NCBI GenBank assembly: GCA_051892435.1
Contig: JBJFGE010000039.1
Coordinates: forward strand, 52,766 to 116,765
Direction: 5' to 3'
Origin: Eubacterium sp.
GTDB lineage: Bacteria > Bacillota > Clostridia > Oscillospirales > Acutalibacteraceae
DNA: 64,000 nucleotides
Shown one piece after another: positions 27,838 through 38,786 of the stretch (the first letter of the stretch is position 1; every line of letters starts with the position of its first letter). Position numbers and translations under genes: made by a program. The notes beneath the pieces are model-generated. The model saw only the letters and a list, made by a program, of their open reading frames with translations, did no database searches and was not told the DNA's origin.

Positions 27838-30800
27838 TTAATCATCTTTATTTTGATTGCTATAATGCTCCTTTGCCTGCTGCATAATTTTCAGCGTTTC
27901 TCTAACTGTTTCGAGAGTTGCCTCGTCGGGAGAGCATTTTACTGCGATATACGGCTTTTTGCCTGCGGAAAGGGTTACACGTCCCTTCATAAAAGCATTA
28001 AGCACAGCTACAGTTTTAATATCCACATTCGGAGAATAGAAAAGTAAAGAGCCGTTTCGCTGAACAATATCGGTAATATCAAGTGACATTGCAGTATTTC
28101 GAAGCAGTGCAATCTCAACAAGTCCCCACACGCAGGCAGGCGGTGCACCGAAACGGTCTGTCAGCTCATCATAAACATCATTTGCGTCATTATCATTTCT
28201 GATATTTGCAATTCTCTTGTACATTGAAAGCCTTTGAGGAGTTGAAACAATATAGCTTTCGGGAATATTTGCATCAATGGCAAGGTCAATAAGACATTCC
28301 TTTTCCTCCGGCTCATCCTCGGGAATTTCGCCCTTTTCCATAGCCACAGCCTCTTCCAGAAGCTTTAAATACATATCGTATCCCACAGCCTCCATATGAC
28401 CGTGCTGTCTGTTGCCTAAAAGCGAGCCGGCACCTCTTATTTCCAAATCTCGCATAGCAATTTTAAAGCCGGAGCCAAATTCCGTATATTCTCTGATTGC
28501 CTCAAGTCGCTTAGTGGCAATATCCGTTAATTCCTTGCCTCTTGTGAAGGTGAAATAAGCATATGCACGTCTTGAGGACCTGCCTACACGTCCTCTTATC
28601 TGATGAAGCTGGGCAAGTCCCATTCTGTCTGCATTTTCGATAATAAGAGTGTTACAGTTAGGCACATCAACACCTGTTTCAATAATAGTTGTGCAGACAA
28701 GAATATCAATTTCGCCGTTTAACAAATCTCTCCATACAGACGATAAATGCTCCTCTGTCATCTGACCGTGAGCAATACCCACCCTTGCATCAGGCAGGGC
28801 TTTTTTTATCTGCATTGCCTTATGCTCTATTGTTTCAACATTATTATGAAGATAGTAAACCTGACCTCCTCTGTTGATTTCCCTTTCCATAGCCTCGGTA
28901 ACTACTTCGGCATCATATTCAACAACATAGGTCTGAACAGGGTGTCTTTCACCGGGTGCTTCTTCAAGGAGGCTCATATCCCTAATACCGCTCATAGCCA
29001 TATTAAGAGTACGTGGAATAGGGGTTGCCGACAGTGTGAGAACGTCAACTTTTGGAAATTTCTCTTTGATTTTTTCCTTTTGAGCAACACCGAATCTCTG
29101 CTCCTCATCGACAATAAGCAGTCCTAAATCCTTGAATTTAACGCTTTTTCCCAGCAATTTGTGCGTGCCGATAAGCACATCAACACTGCCGTTTTCAAGT
29201 CCCTTTAAAATCTCCTTTTGCTTTGCAGGAGTAACAAAGCGTGAAATCATTTCCACATTAATGGGATAAGCCTCAAATCTTTTAAGCGCCGTTTGATAAT
29301 GCTGCATAGCCAAAACCGTTGTTGGAACAAGAATTGCACATTGCTTTGAGTCCGTTACGCATTTGAAAACAGCCCTCAAGGCAACCTCGGTTTTACCGAA
29401 GCCAACGTCACCGCAAAGAAGCCTATCCATAGGTGCGGACCTCTCCATATCGTGCTTTATTTCATCAGAGCATCTTAACTGGTCCTCGGTTTCCTCATAT
29501 TCAAATCTCAGCTCAAAATCACGCTGTAAATCAGAATCCTCGGAAAAGGCAAATCCCTTTGTACTCATTCTCTTGGCATAAAGTGCAATAAGCTCCTTTG
29601 CCATATCCTTAACAGAGCTTCTTACCCTTGCCTTAGTCTTTTTCCATTCTGTTGAGCCGAGACGGTTAATCTTAACCTTTGTATCGTTTTTAGGACCTAT
29701 ATATTTTGAAACCAAATCAAGCTGTGTAACGGGAACGTAAAGTGTGTCACCCTTTGCATAGCTTATTTTAATATAATCCTTTTTAACCTTGTTAATCTCT
29801 AATGCGTGAATACCCTCAAAAATACCGATACCGTGAATATTATGAACAATATAGTCCCCCACAGAAAGCTCATCAAGAGAATGAATGGCATTTTTTGAGG
29901 AAGCCTTATGAGTTTTTTTCTTACTCTGATTTGTCCTTGAATGAGTAAGCAGAGCAAATTTCATATCGGTTATTTTAAACCCCGATTGCAATGTGCCCGT
30001 AATTACATTTATAGCTTTCGGCTGGAATTTAGAAGGTGTTTTTTCATAGAAAACACAATTAAAGCCCATATCCTCAACATCGTCAGCCAAGGCTCTGCCT
30101 GCTCTTGCAGTTCCCGCCATCATACATACGGTATAGCCACCCTTTACAAGCGGGAACAGCTCCTCTTTAAGCTGTGAAAGAGTACCGCTCCAAGCGTTAA
30201 AGCTCTGAACGCTGAAATTAGCAAGATGTCTGACAGGAGTATCAAAGCTACCCCTTGGCAAAGAGTCCATATACACGACATTTTTTTCGTTATAAATATC
30301 GGTCAGCTCGTCAAATGTCAGGGCGAATTTGTCAAGTCCCTTGCAAAGCGTACCGTCCTCAACAAACCATTTAAGCTCCTCTAAATTAAGCCTTTCCTGC
30401 TTAACGGTTTTCTCCTTTACCCTTGCACTTTCAACAGCAAAAAGCATACCGTCAGCATAGTCAAAAAGTCCCCTTGACTTATAGCACAAGGGCAAATATT
30501 TATCAAGGCAATTGAGCCTGATTCCATCTCTTAACTTATCAGCGTCTGCAAGTAGCTTTTCTCTTGCCTTAATTGCCTTGCCCTTTAGAGATTTTGCGAG
30601 GCTTTCAATTTCGTCGGCAAGCTTTAGGCTGTCCTCGAAAAGCACCTCATTTGCAGGTGTAATCTCAACGAACTGAACACTTGAGCTTCTTCTCTGAGTG
30701 CCTATATCAAAGGAGGAAATAGTATCGACCGTATCACCCCAAAGTTCAATTCTCACAGGCTCATCAAGATATGACGGAAAAATATCTATAATACCGCCTC

Positions 30801-31320
30801 TTACTGCAAACTGACTTGTACCGTCAACCTGCTCATATCTTGAATATCCTGCCAAAACAAGTTTTCTTTCAAGGTCATTTATATTAATTTCATCATTTAC
30901 GGAAATTGAAAATGTACGCTTTTCAAGCTCCTTTGGAGGCATTGTATACTGACAGGCACCTGCAACAGATGCCACAACCGCCGTAAAATCACCTTTAATA
31001 ATTCTTGAAAGAACGCCAAGCCTTATATGCTCAAAATCTCTGCTGACGCCTGCAACCTCAACAAAGGTGAACTCTCTTGCAGGGTACAGCAGTACACCCT
31101 CTTGAAGCTCTGACAGACACTCCTGAACCTTTACAGCCGTAGCCTCGTCGGGAGTAATTATAAATGCCTTTTTACCGTTTTCACAAAGGGAATGAATTAC
31201 AACACACTTTGATATATCGGAAAGACCGATAACCCCAATCGGAGCATTAAGGGTATTAACACTCTGACTGAGGCTTAAAAATTCTTTACTCTTATTAAAT
31301 TCGTTTGAAAAACAGGACAT
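27838..31320 (-). CDS. mfd: transcription-repair coupling factor
   Basis: FAVRGGIIDIF, CarD/RID region, GDVGFGKTEVA, DEEQRFGV, SATPIPRT, QIRGRVGRS, C-terminal TRCF domain. Confidence 0.97.
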   Translation of the reverse strand: MSCFSNEFNKSKEFLSLSQSVNTLNAPIGVIGLSDISKCVVIHSLCENGKKAFIITPDEATAVKVQECLSELQEGVLLYPAREFTFVEVAGVSRDFEHIRLGVLSRIIKGDFTAVVASVAGACQYTMPPKELEKRTFSISVNDEININDLERKLVLAGYSRYEQVDGTSQFAVRGGIIDIFPSYLDEPVRIELWGDTVDTISSFDIGTQRRSSSVQFVEITPANEVLFEDSLKLADEIESLAKSLKGKAIKAREKLLADADKLRDGIRLNCLDKYLPLCYKSRGLFDYADGMLFAVESARVKEKTVKQERLNLEELKWFVEDGTLCKGLDKFALTFDELTDIYNEKNVVYMDSLPRGSFDTPVRHLANFSVQSFNAWSGTLSQLKEELFPLVKGGYTVCMMAGTARAGRALADDVEDMGFNCVFYEKTPSKFQPKAINVITGTLQSGFKITDMKFALLTHSRTNQSKKKTHKASSKNAIHSLDELSVGDYIVHNIHGIGIFEGIHALEINKVKKDYIKISYAKGDTLYVPVTQLDLVSKYIGPKNDTKVKINRLGSTEWKKTKARVRSSVKDMAKELIALYAKRMSTKGFAFSEDSDLQRDFELRFEYEETEDQLRCSDEIKHDMERSAPMDRLLCGDVGFGKTEVALRAVFKCVTDSKQCAILVPTTVLAMQHYQTALKRFEAYPINVEMISRFVTPAKQKEILKGLENGSVDVLIGTHKLLGKSVKFKDLGLLIVDEEQRFGVAQKEKIKEKFPKVDVLTLSATPIPRTLNMAMSGIRDMSLLEEAPGERHPVQTYVVEYDAEVVTEAMEREINRGGQVYYLHNNVETIEHKAMQIKKALPDARVGIAHGQMTEEHLSSVWRDLLNGEIDILVCTTIIETGVDVPNCNTLIIENADRMGLAQLHQIRGRVGRSSRRAYAYFTFTRGKELTDIATKRLEAIREYTEFGSGFKIAMRDLEIRGAGSLLGNRQHGHMEAVGYDMYLKLLEEAVAMEKGEIPEDEPEEKECLIDLAIDANIPESYIVSTPQRLSMYKRIANIRNDNDANDVYDELTDRFGAPPACVWGLVEIALLRNTAMSLDITDIVQRNGSLLFYSPNVDIKTVAVLNAFMKGRVTLSAGKKPYIAVKCSPDEATLETVRETLKIMQQAKEHYSNQNKDD

Positions 31321-31344
31321 ATATCCATTACTCCCACTAACAGT

Positions 31345-31950
31345 TTAGGAATTATAAAGGTTCATTGCCTTATCTGTTTCGCCGTCAACAATAAGCTTGA
31401 CAGCCTCAGCAGTATTCTCCAACGCCTTTTTCAAATCACTTTCCTGTTCTTTCGGAAATTTGCCTAAAACCCAAGCAACAAGGTCGTATTCGGGATTAGG
31501 CTTTTTGCCCACACCAACCTTGACTCTCGGAAAGTCCTCACTTCCCAAATGAGCAATTATGCTTTTTATTCCGTTGTGACCGCCTGCGGAGCCCTTTCTG
31601 CGTATTCTTGTCTGACCTACATCAAGTGAAATATCGTCAAAAACAACTATCACATTTTCCACAGGTATTTTATAAAACTTTACTGCCTCACCAACTGCCT
31701 CACCGCTGTTGTTCATCATGGTCTGAGGCTTCATAACAAGACAGCGTTTTCCGTTTATCACAACGTCGGCAACTAATGCGTGGTGCTTTAATTTTTTAAT
31801 GTTGAAGCCCTCTTTAATTGCCAGCAAATCCATCGCAAGAAAGCCTGCGTTATGGCGAGTCATTTCATATTTTGCTCCCGGATTTCCCAAACCAACAATC
31901 AGAAAATCATAGGAGCTGCTGTTAAATTGTTTCTTCCGAATGGGAAACAT
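31345..31950 (-). CDS. pth: peptidyl-tRNA hydrolase
   Basis: LIVGLGNPG, TRHNAGF, KPQT.MN.SG, GSAGGHNGIKS. Confidence 0.96.
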   Translation of the reverse strand: MFPIRKKQFNSSSYDFLIVGLGNPGAKYEMTRHNAGFLAMDLLAIKEGFNIKKLKHHALVADVVINGKRCLVMKPQTMMNNSGEAVGEAVKFYKIPVENVIVVFDDISLDVGQTRIRRKGSAGGHNGIKSIIAHLGSEDFPRVKVGVGKKPNPEYDLVAWVLGKFPKEQESDLKKALENTAEAVKLIVDGETDKAMNLYNS

Positions 31951-33199
31951 TGTCATCTTCCTTTACGGTTATTTTAACCTCATCGGCTCTCTTGCCGTCA
32001 ACAGTCAGCACCTCAGCGGTAAGCTTTCCGCTTTCAAAGCTGTCACCCACTTGAGGAATTTTATCTGTATTCTGCATTATCCAGCCGTTTACTGTTGAAA
32101 CATCGTCGTTTTCGCAGTATATCCCGAAAAATTCATTAAAATCGTCAATAGACGCACTGCCCTGAACGATATATTCATTTACGCCGACTTCTTCAAAATC
32201 GTTTTGTACCTCATCGTGCTCGTCCCAGATTTCTCCTACAAGTTCCTCTAAGATATCTTCAAGAGTTACTATACCCTCAGTACCGCCGAATTCATCAATA
32301 ACAACGGCAAGATGTGTTTTATTCTTTTGAAGAATACGCAGAAGCTTTGAAATTTTCGTATCGGGTGAAACCACGGGAACGGGCTTTAAAACTGTTCTGA
32401 GAGATTTAAGCTTTCTTTTTCTCGCATTTTCAAAATCTCTATGGTGGATTACACCGACAATGTTATCAATATCGCCTATATAAACGGGCAGTCTGCTGAA
32501 ATTTGTTGAATTGAAAACACGCTCAATTTCATCAAGAGGAGCATATTTATCCACCGCCTCAACATCAATTCTCGGCACAAGAATATCACCCACATCAATA
32601 TCGTCAAATTCTATTGATGAACGGATAAGCTTGCTTTCGTTTTCGTCGATTTCACCGCCTGTTTTGGCCTCGTCAACATATGTTTTCAATTCTTCTTCAG
32701 TGATCGTATCAGCCTTGCCTAAGCCAAAAACCTTGTTAAGCATAAGCTTCCACCCCTTGAAAAGCCAGTTAAGAGGCATAAAGAGAATGATGAAGAATTT
32801 AATAATCGGTGTTATGGCAACAACAAATCCCTCTGCCTTTTCCTTGGCAATGGTTTTAGGTGAAATCTCACCGAAAATCAGCACAACAATAGTCATAACA
32901 ACAGTTGACACCGTAGCACCCAAATCACTGTTGTCCCCAAGCAAGCCTGTAAAAAACAGCGTTGCTATAGAGGTAGACGCGATATTAACGATGTTATTAC
33001 CGATTAAAACTGTTGAAAGCACCATGTCATACTTTTCCGTCAGCTCAACGGCGTTTTCGATTTTCTTATTTTTCTTTCCGTCACGCATCATTGCTTTAAG
33101 CTTAACACGGTTTACGGAAGAAAAGGCTGTTTCTGCACTTGAGAAAAATCCGCTGAAAATCACCAGCGCAATCATAGCACACAGCAATCCTGCGTTCAT
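31922..33199 (-). CDS. hemolysin-family CNNM/CBS/CorC transporter-associated protein
   Basis: FFSSAETAF, LIGNNIVN, FGEISPK, CBS pair (FSRLPV, DEFGGTEGIVTLEDILEELVGEI), C-terminal CorC domain. Confidence 0.9.
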   Translation of the reverse strand: MNAGLLCAMIALVIFSGFFSSAETAFSSVNRVKLKAMMRDGKKNKKIENAVELTEKYDMVLSTVLIGNNIVNIASTSIATLFFTGLLGDNSDLGATVSTVVMTIVVLIFGEISPKTIAKEKAEGFVVAITPIIKFFIILFMPLNWLFKGWKLMLNKVFGLGKADTITEEELKTYVDEAKTGGEIDENESKLIRSSIEFDDIDVGDILVPRIDVEAVDKYAPLDEIERVFNSTNFSRLPVYIGDIDNIVGVIHHRDFENARKRKLKSLRTVLKPVPVVSPDTKISKLLRILQKNKTHLAVVIDEFGGTEGIVTLEDILEELVGEIWDEHDEVQNDFEEVGVNEYIVQGSASIDDFNEFFGIYCENDDVSTVNGWIMQNTDKIPQVGDSFESGKLTAEVLTVDGKRADEVKITVKEDDNVSHSEETI

Positions 33200-33295
33200 T
33201 TTTTCACTCCTATATAAAAACAATTAAGTAGCCAATAAATAGTCCAAAAAGCCTTGTACTCAACAAAGTGTACAAGGCTTGGAGAATAACAAAAA

Positions 33296-34726
33296 TCAAT
33301 CTTCGGTCTTTTCAAATTCCTTAAAGCTTCTTTCGCTATCGGGAATTTCAAAGTTATACATATTTTCGTCCTTTACGTGCTTTTTAATAAACTCGTCACG
33401 GTCAAACAGCTCATCAGCCTTAACCTTCCAAAGCTTAGCAGCATCAATAGTCTTGTCAAAAAACTCGTTGGCAGACTCAGGAGCAAGCATTTCTGTTGAA
33501 TATGCACCTGTATCGTGTACCATTTTACTGATAGCGCCGGGGTTGTCAAGCATAGGACAGGGACGGAGCATATTGTTTGAGAAAGGCTGATTTTTCTTAT
33601 AAGCCATAAAGAGTGGGCTCTTGAGAGCGTCAATAACGTGACATTCCTTAATATTAACATTTGAATAATGAACAAATGCACAAGGCTCACAGTCACCGTT
33701 TGCATTAATATGGAAATAGTGACGACCGCCTGCAATACAGCCCTGAACATACTCACCGTCATTCCAAAAATCAAGAGCGAAAATAGGCTTTGTATGACGC
33801 CATTCATGCATTTTTTTATACATCAATGCTCTTTGGTCAGCACTTACCATAAGGTCGGTTACAGCACCGTTACCGATAGGCATATATGTGAAGAACCAAG
33901 CAAACATTACGCCCTGATCAATAAGCCAATCCATATATTCGTCAGAAGCCAAAAGCTCTGTATTCTTGCTTGTATAGCAAAGAGAAGCACCGAAGGGAAC
34001 GCCTCTTTTCTTGAGTCGAGCCATAGCCTCACATACTTTTTTATAGGTACCGTCGCCACGGCGGAAATCATTTTCCTCCTCGTGACCTTCAATGGAAAAG
34101 GCAGGAATAAAGTTACCTACTCTTACAAGCTCATCGGCAAACTCATCATCAAGAAGAGTACCGTTTGTAAAGCTCATAAATAAGCAATCGGGGTTTTCAT
34201 CGCAAAGTCTGATAAGGTCCTTTTTACGCATAAGCGGTTCACCGCCTGTGTAAAGGAACATATATGTACCAAGCTCTTTAGCTTCTCTGATTATACGCGC
34301 AAGAGTTTCATAATCAAGCTGACTGCTCTTTCCGTATTCGGCAGCCCAGCAGCCCTTACAATGAAGATTGCAGGCGGCGGTTGGGTCAAGAAGAATTGCC
34401 CAGGGAACATTACAGCCGTTTTCCTCGATAGCCTTCATTCTCTTTGAATAGCTGTTAATAGCTACATTAAGAGCAGGTGGAACAAGCTTTTCAACAACCT
34501 CAATATTAGTATCGCAGAGAAGCTTTTTTGCGAAAATCATCCAGTTGTTATCAGGGTCATCAAGAACCTTGTGAAGACCTGCATATGTGCTTCTATTTAC
34601 CTTTTTAACATCAGCCATTTCAAGCAGGCTGAGAATTTTAGGTGCATTAGAATTAAAATCCTTACGAGCATATTTAATAGCGTTTTTAATAGCTATTGAC
34701 ATTGCTGTTTCTTTAATAGATTTCAT
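33296..34726 (-). CDS. radical SAM / SPASM-like domain protein
   Basis: CNLHCKGC, TGGEP, GCIAGG..HINANGDCEPC..CPMLD. Confidence 0.88.
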   Translation of the reverse strand: MKSIKETAMSIAIKNAIKYARKDFNSNAPKILSLLEMADVKKVNRSTYAGLHKVLDDPDNNWMIFAKKLLCDTNIEVVEKLVPPALNVAINSYSKRMKAIEENGCNVPWAILLDPTAACNLHCKGCWAAEYGKSSQLDYETLARIIREAKELGTYMFLYTGGEPLMRKKDLIRLCDENPDCLFMSFTNGTLLDDEFADELVRVGNFIPAFSIEGHEEENDFRRGDGTYKKVCEAMARLKKRGVPFGASLCYTSKNTELLASDEYMDWLIDQGVMFAWFFTYMPIGNGAVTDLMVSADQRALMYKKMHEWRHTKPIFALDFWNDGEYVQGCIAGGRHYFHINANGDCEPCAFVHYSNVNIKECHVIDALKSPLFMAYKKNQPFSNNMLRPCPMLDNPGAISKMVHDTGAYSTEMLAPESANEFFDKTIDAAKLWKVKADELFDRDEFIKKHVKDENMYNFEIPDSERSFKEFEKTED

Positions 34727-34857
34727 AAAATGAATCCTCTCTTAGAATAAAACCGAGTACATCTCGTAATAGCAAATATAGACCTTTTATTATGAATTGT
34801 CAAGAAATATTTTTTGGATTATCGACAAACGTCTAATACACTGTTCTGCTAAACACA

Positions 34858-37800
34858 TTAAAATCTAATCTGAAATTTCAGTCTGTATGTCCTATCAGTC
34901 TTGTTTTTGTAAATTTCGTTGCAGTGAGCACCCCAGCTGTCGTATCCTCCGACACCCTGCTGACGGGCAATAAGTCTTACGACAGTTTTATTGTAATCCT
35001 TCAAATCCTTTTGGTGCCAAGCATTTTCAACCTCTTTCGGAAGCCAGTGAGAAACATTAAGCTCCATTTGAGGCTCGGCAACAACGGAAAACACCTTCTT
35101 GTCTCCAACTATTGCCGCATATCTTACGCCTGTTCTGTTTCCGCATTCCTGAGGCTTGAGATAATTTACCCACATATCATTAACTGTTGTGTTGTAAAGT
35201 CCGATTTTTGAAGCACAAGAGCGGTCAATGTAGTTTTCCTCAGGACCGTTTCCGAGATATGTTACATTTTCAAAATCAGCCGGAAGCTCAAAGAGCATTG
35301 AAACCTCGGGAATTTCAGGCAAAGTATCATTAGGATAAAACTGAAGGTCAACCTCGATTCCCTTTGATGTAATAGTATATACTACACTTGCCTTTGATTC
35401 AGGCTGAGTGCAAATTGTTGCACCGCAGGTAATAATTACCCTTTTGGAATTTTCGAGAATTTTATAATTTTGGATAGACCATTTTGTGTTATTGAAAATT
35501 CCCGGAGTATCCCCTGCATCTCTCCAGCATCCAAGCCTTGAGCCTGCTCTCGTACCTCTGTCATTATCGGTTAAAGCTCTCCAGAAATTAAGCCTTACAG
35601 GAGCCTGTAAAAGCTCCTCGCCGCCTACCTTAATTGAATAAAGCTGATTTCTTTCACGTCTTTCAAATCTGATGTTCACATCATCTGAAATTATACGCAA
35701 TGAACCATATGTATCATCAACAATAAGAGGCATATCAGCTTCAAGCTCATCATATGTATTTTCAAATTCGTTTATGACAAATTGCTCCTCGGCAACAACA
35801 TGTCCCGCCTTGCACCAAGAAGTATCCTCTTTTACTCTAAGCTCAAGATTGAGATAACATTCGGTATTTGAAATTCTGCTAAGCTCAAGATTGATAACAG
35901 TCTTATCAAAAGGCTCAACATTTACATCAACAATACCGTCACAGAAAACACCCTTATCGGAGCAATGACACCAATAAAGCTCAAATTCGCTCAAATTTGT
36001 AAAGAGATACTTATTCTTAATTTCAATAATACCCCTTTGCGCGTCGATGGCATTGAAATCTACATACTGATAAAGCTTTTTAATTTCAGCAAACTTCGGT
36101 GTAACCGTTCTGTCGCCGAAAAGGAGACCGTTTCCGCAGAAATGACCGTCGTGAGGATTTTCACCGAAATCTCCGCCGTAGGCAAGATATTTTTCACCGT
36201 TTTCGTCCTCAGTCATAATGCTTTGGTCAACCCAGTCCCAAACAAAACCACCCTGTAAGCATGGATATTTGTCCCAAAGCTTTGTGTATTCATCGGTAGA
36301 ACCGCAGGAATTACCCATTGCGTGAGTGTATTCGCAGAGAATAAACGGTCTGCCGTCACGCTGAGTAAGAGCGTATTCCTCACATTCCCACGGCTTATAG
36401 TACATCTTTGATTGAACGTCTGAAATCTCCTTTTCGTCGGGAGCACGATGACATTCAAAATGAACAAACCTTGTCTTATCGGTTTCCTTGAGATACTTAT
36501 ACATCTTTTTCGGAGTTTCTCCGCCTAAGGACTCATTACCCATTGACCAGCAAACAACACTTGTCACATTTTTATCACGGTTATAAGTAGCCTTAATTCT
36601 TTCCATACAAGCCTTTTCCCATTCCGGACGCGATGCAGGAAGCTGTGGACAGCCGACTATTGTTGAGAAGCCTGTACCATGGGTTTCCATATTATTTTCG
36701 TCAATAACATAAAGACCGTATTCGTCACAAAGCTCCAAAAATCTGGGACAGTTAGGATAATGAGATGTACGAACAGAATTCATATTAGCCTTTTTCATCA
36801 TTTCGATGTCATATCTCATAACATCTTCCGTAATATAACGGCCTGTATTACAGTCAAATTCGTGTCTGTTTGTGCCCTTAAACACAATTCTCTTTCCGTT
36901 TATACGGATAATTCCGTCCTTTATCTCAACAGTTCTGAAGCCGATTTTCTGGCTGATATATTCGATAGGAACACCGTTATTTTTAAGAGTAATAACAAGG
37001 GTATAAAGATAGGGACTTTCACTTGACCATGGGTGAACATCGGTAACTATCGCCTTTAGCTTTGTCTGATGGTCCTCGTTTGCGTACTGACTGTCAAGAG
37101 CAACTGTGTTTCCCTCAGCATCAAGTATATTAAGGTCGAGGCTGAGACTTTCATAAGCACCGTTGGTTTTAACAACAATATCTGCATAACCGTCGCTTAA
37201 TGTTACATCAGGCTGTGCTACAACAGTATAATCCCTGATATATTCTCTTTCGGTTGTGTAAATATAAACGTCACGGAAAATACCGCCAAGCCTCCACATA
37301 TCCTGACATTCAAGCCAAGAGCCTGTACACCAGCGGTAGACCTCAACGCCGATAGTATTAGAGCCCTCAACAAGATGTCTTGTAATATCAAATTCACTGC
37401 GGTGGAAGGTAGACTCGGAATATCCTACTCTTTCACCGTTTACATAAAGATAAAATGCAGACTCTACGCCCTCGAAGCAAAGAACAACTCTTTTGCTTAA
37501 AAGCTTTTGACTGACATTGATTTTCTTTATGTAACAGCCTACAGGATTATGCTTTGTAGGTGCATTTGGAGGACAGATATCCTCACTACCCTCCCAAGGG
37601 TATCTGACATTGCAGTACTGATTTTGGTCATATCCCTGCATCTGCCAAGAGCAAGGCACAATAACAGTATCCCAGTTATGAGAATCATAATGGGGTTGAG
37701 CAAAATCACTGGGTCTGTAAGCATAATTTTTGTAAAGCTTGAATTTCCATTTACCGTTTAAAAGCTTACAGCGTGATGATGCGTACCTGTCACACTTAAC

Positions 37801-37917
37801 AGCCTCTTCAAAGCTTTCGTAGGGCATAAAGGTTGAATGAGGGGGAAGCTTATTTACACCCACAATTTCAGGATTTGACTGCCACTCGGTATAACCGTCA
37901 ATAAAATTTCTCTCCAT
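34858..37917 (-). CDS. lacZ: beta-galactosidase, GH2 (LacZ-like)
   Basis: FEGVESAF, QDMWRLGGIFRDV, NRHE, RTSHYP, WSMGNE, LCEYTHAMGNS, GGFVWDWVDQ, C-terminal small-chain domain. Confidence 0.9.
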   Translation of the reverse strand: MERNFIDGYTEWQSNPEIVGVNKLPPHSTFMPYESFEEAVKCDRYASSRCKLLNGKWKFKLYKNYAYRPSDFAQPHYDSHNWDTVIVPCSWQMQGYDQNQYCNVRYPWEGSEDICPPNAPTKHNPVGCYIKKINVSQKLLSKRVVLCFEGVESAFYLYVNGERVGYSESTFHRSEFDITRHLVEGSNTIGVEVYRWCTGSWLECQDMWRLGGIFRDVYIYTTEREYIRDYTVVAQPDVTLSDGYADIVVKTNGAYESLSLDLNILDAEGNTVALDSQYANEDHQTKLKAIVTDVHPWSSESPYLYTLVITLKNNGVPIEYISQKIGFRTVEIKDGIIRINGKRIVFKGTNRHEFDCNTGRYITEDVMRYDIEMMKKANMNSVRTSHYPNCPRFLELCDEYGLYVIDENNMETHGTGFSTIVGCPQLPASRPEWEKACMERIKATYNRDKNVTSVVCWSMGNESLGGETPKKMYKYLKETDKTRFVHFECHRAPDEKEISDVQSKMYYKPWECEEYALTQRDGRPFILCEYTHAMGNSCGSTDEYTKLWDKYPCLQGGFVWDWVDQSIMTEDENGEKYLAYGGDFGENPHDGHFCGNGLLFGDRTVTPKFAEIKKLYQYVDFNAIDAQRGIIEIKNKYLFTNLSEFELYWCHCSDKGVFCDGIVDVNVEPFDKTVINLELSRISNTECYLNLELRVKEDTSWCKAGHVVAEEQFVINEFENTYDELEADMPLIVDDTYGSLRIISDDVNIRFERRERNQLYSIKVGGEELLQAPVRLNFWRALTDNDRGTRAGSRLGCWRDAGDTPGIFNNTKWSIQNYKILENSKRVIITCGATICTQPESKASVVYTITSKGIEVDLQFYPNDTLPEIPEVSMLFELPADFENVTYLGNGPEENYIDRSCASKIGLYNTTVNDMWVNYLKPQECGNRTGVRYAAIVGDKKVFSVVAEPQMELNVSHWLPKEVENAWHQKDLKDYNKTVVRLIARQQGVGGYDSWGAHCNEIYKNKTDRTYRLKFQIRF

Positions 37918-37947
37918 GTTCTAATCTCCGTAGTCTGTAAAATCAAA

Positions 37948-38565
37948 TTATCTTCTGTGATACATTCCCTCTCTAAAGCCCTCCTGCTTTACACAGACGC
38001 CAACGCTTTTGAGAAGAATAACAATATCAAGCTTCGGCGACCAATTATCGCAGTAAAGCTTGTCATATTTCACCTTTTTCATAATAGATATTTCGTCTCT
38101 GCCGTTAATTTGAGCAAGTCCTGTCAGTCCCGGTCTGAAACGGTAAACACCGTATTCAAGACGCAGTCTGTGAGCTCTCATTTCGGAAGAAATCAAAGGT
38201 CTTGGACCTACAAAGCTCATATCTCCCTTGAGAATATTCCAAAGCTGAGGAAGCTCATCAAGGCTTGTTTTTCTGAGAAATTTTCCAACCTTTGTAATAT
38301 ACTGCTCGGGATTTTCCAAATCTCCCGTAGCAACATTCGGAGTATCATTTCTCATTGTTTGGAACTTGTAAATTTTAAAAGGCTTTCCCCTTCTTCCTCT
38401 CCTTTCGTGAGAGAAGAATACACTTGTATTCGGTGTAAGCAGATTTGCTATACAGATCACAAGAAACAACGGAGAAAGAATTATCAGTGCAAAAAACGAT
38501 ACTACAATATCAAACAGTCTTTTGAATTTCGTAGGACCGAAATATTTTTTCAACTTCTGTTTCAT
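37948..38565 (-). CDS. polyprenyl-phosphate sugar phosphotransferase (bacterial sugar transferase)
   Basis: KRLFDI, YKFQTM, LRKTSLDELPQLWNILKGDMSFVGPRP, PGLTGLAQ. Confidence 0.92.
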   Translation of the reverse strand: MKQKLKKYFGPTKFKRLFDIVVSFFALIILSPLFLVICIANLLTPNTSVFFSHERRGRRGKPFKIYKFQTMRNDTPNVATGDLENPEQYITKVGKFLRKTSLDELPQLWNILKGDMSFVGPRPLISSEMRAHRLRLEYGVYRFRPGLTGLAQINGRDEISIMKKVKYDKLYCDNWSPKLDIVILLKSVGVCVKQEGFREGMYHRR

Positions 38566-38786
38566 TTTTTACTTCCTGTGTCCTATTAATGTATTTGATT
38601 GCTTTTACTTATAATTTGGTTAATAATTCCGTAATTCCATAAATCAACATAATGTGTATAGTTTTGATGATTATACCACATCTATTTGCAATATGCAATT
38701 TTTTTATAACAATTTTAATTATTGTTGCCAAATCGTAATTAATTATATATAATAGGGTGACTAAATTTTAAAGGACGGAAAAAAAT

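Noticed and set aside
33296-34726. Radical SAM/SPASM protein as a RiPP maturase
   Set aside because: No adjacent precursor peptide, transporter or protease was seen. It looks like a stand-alone, widespread clostridial family.
32511-38589. Long antisense ORFs (32511-33227, 37957-38589, 33668-34183)
   Set aside because: They lie fully opposite well-supported genes and have no recognisable motifs.
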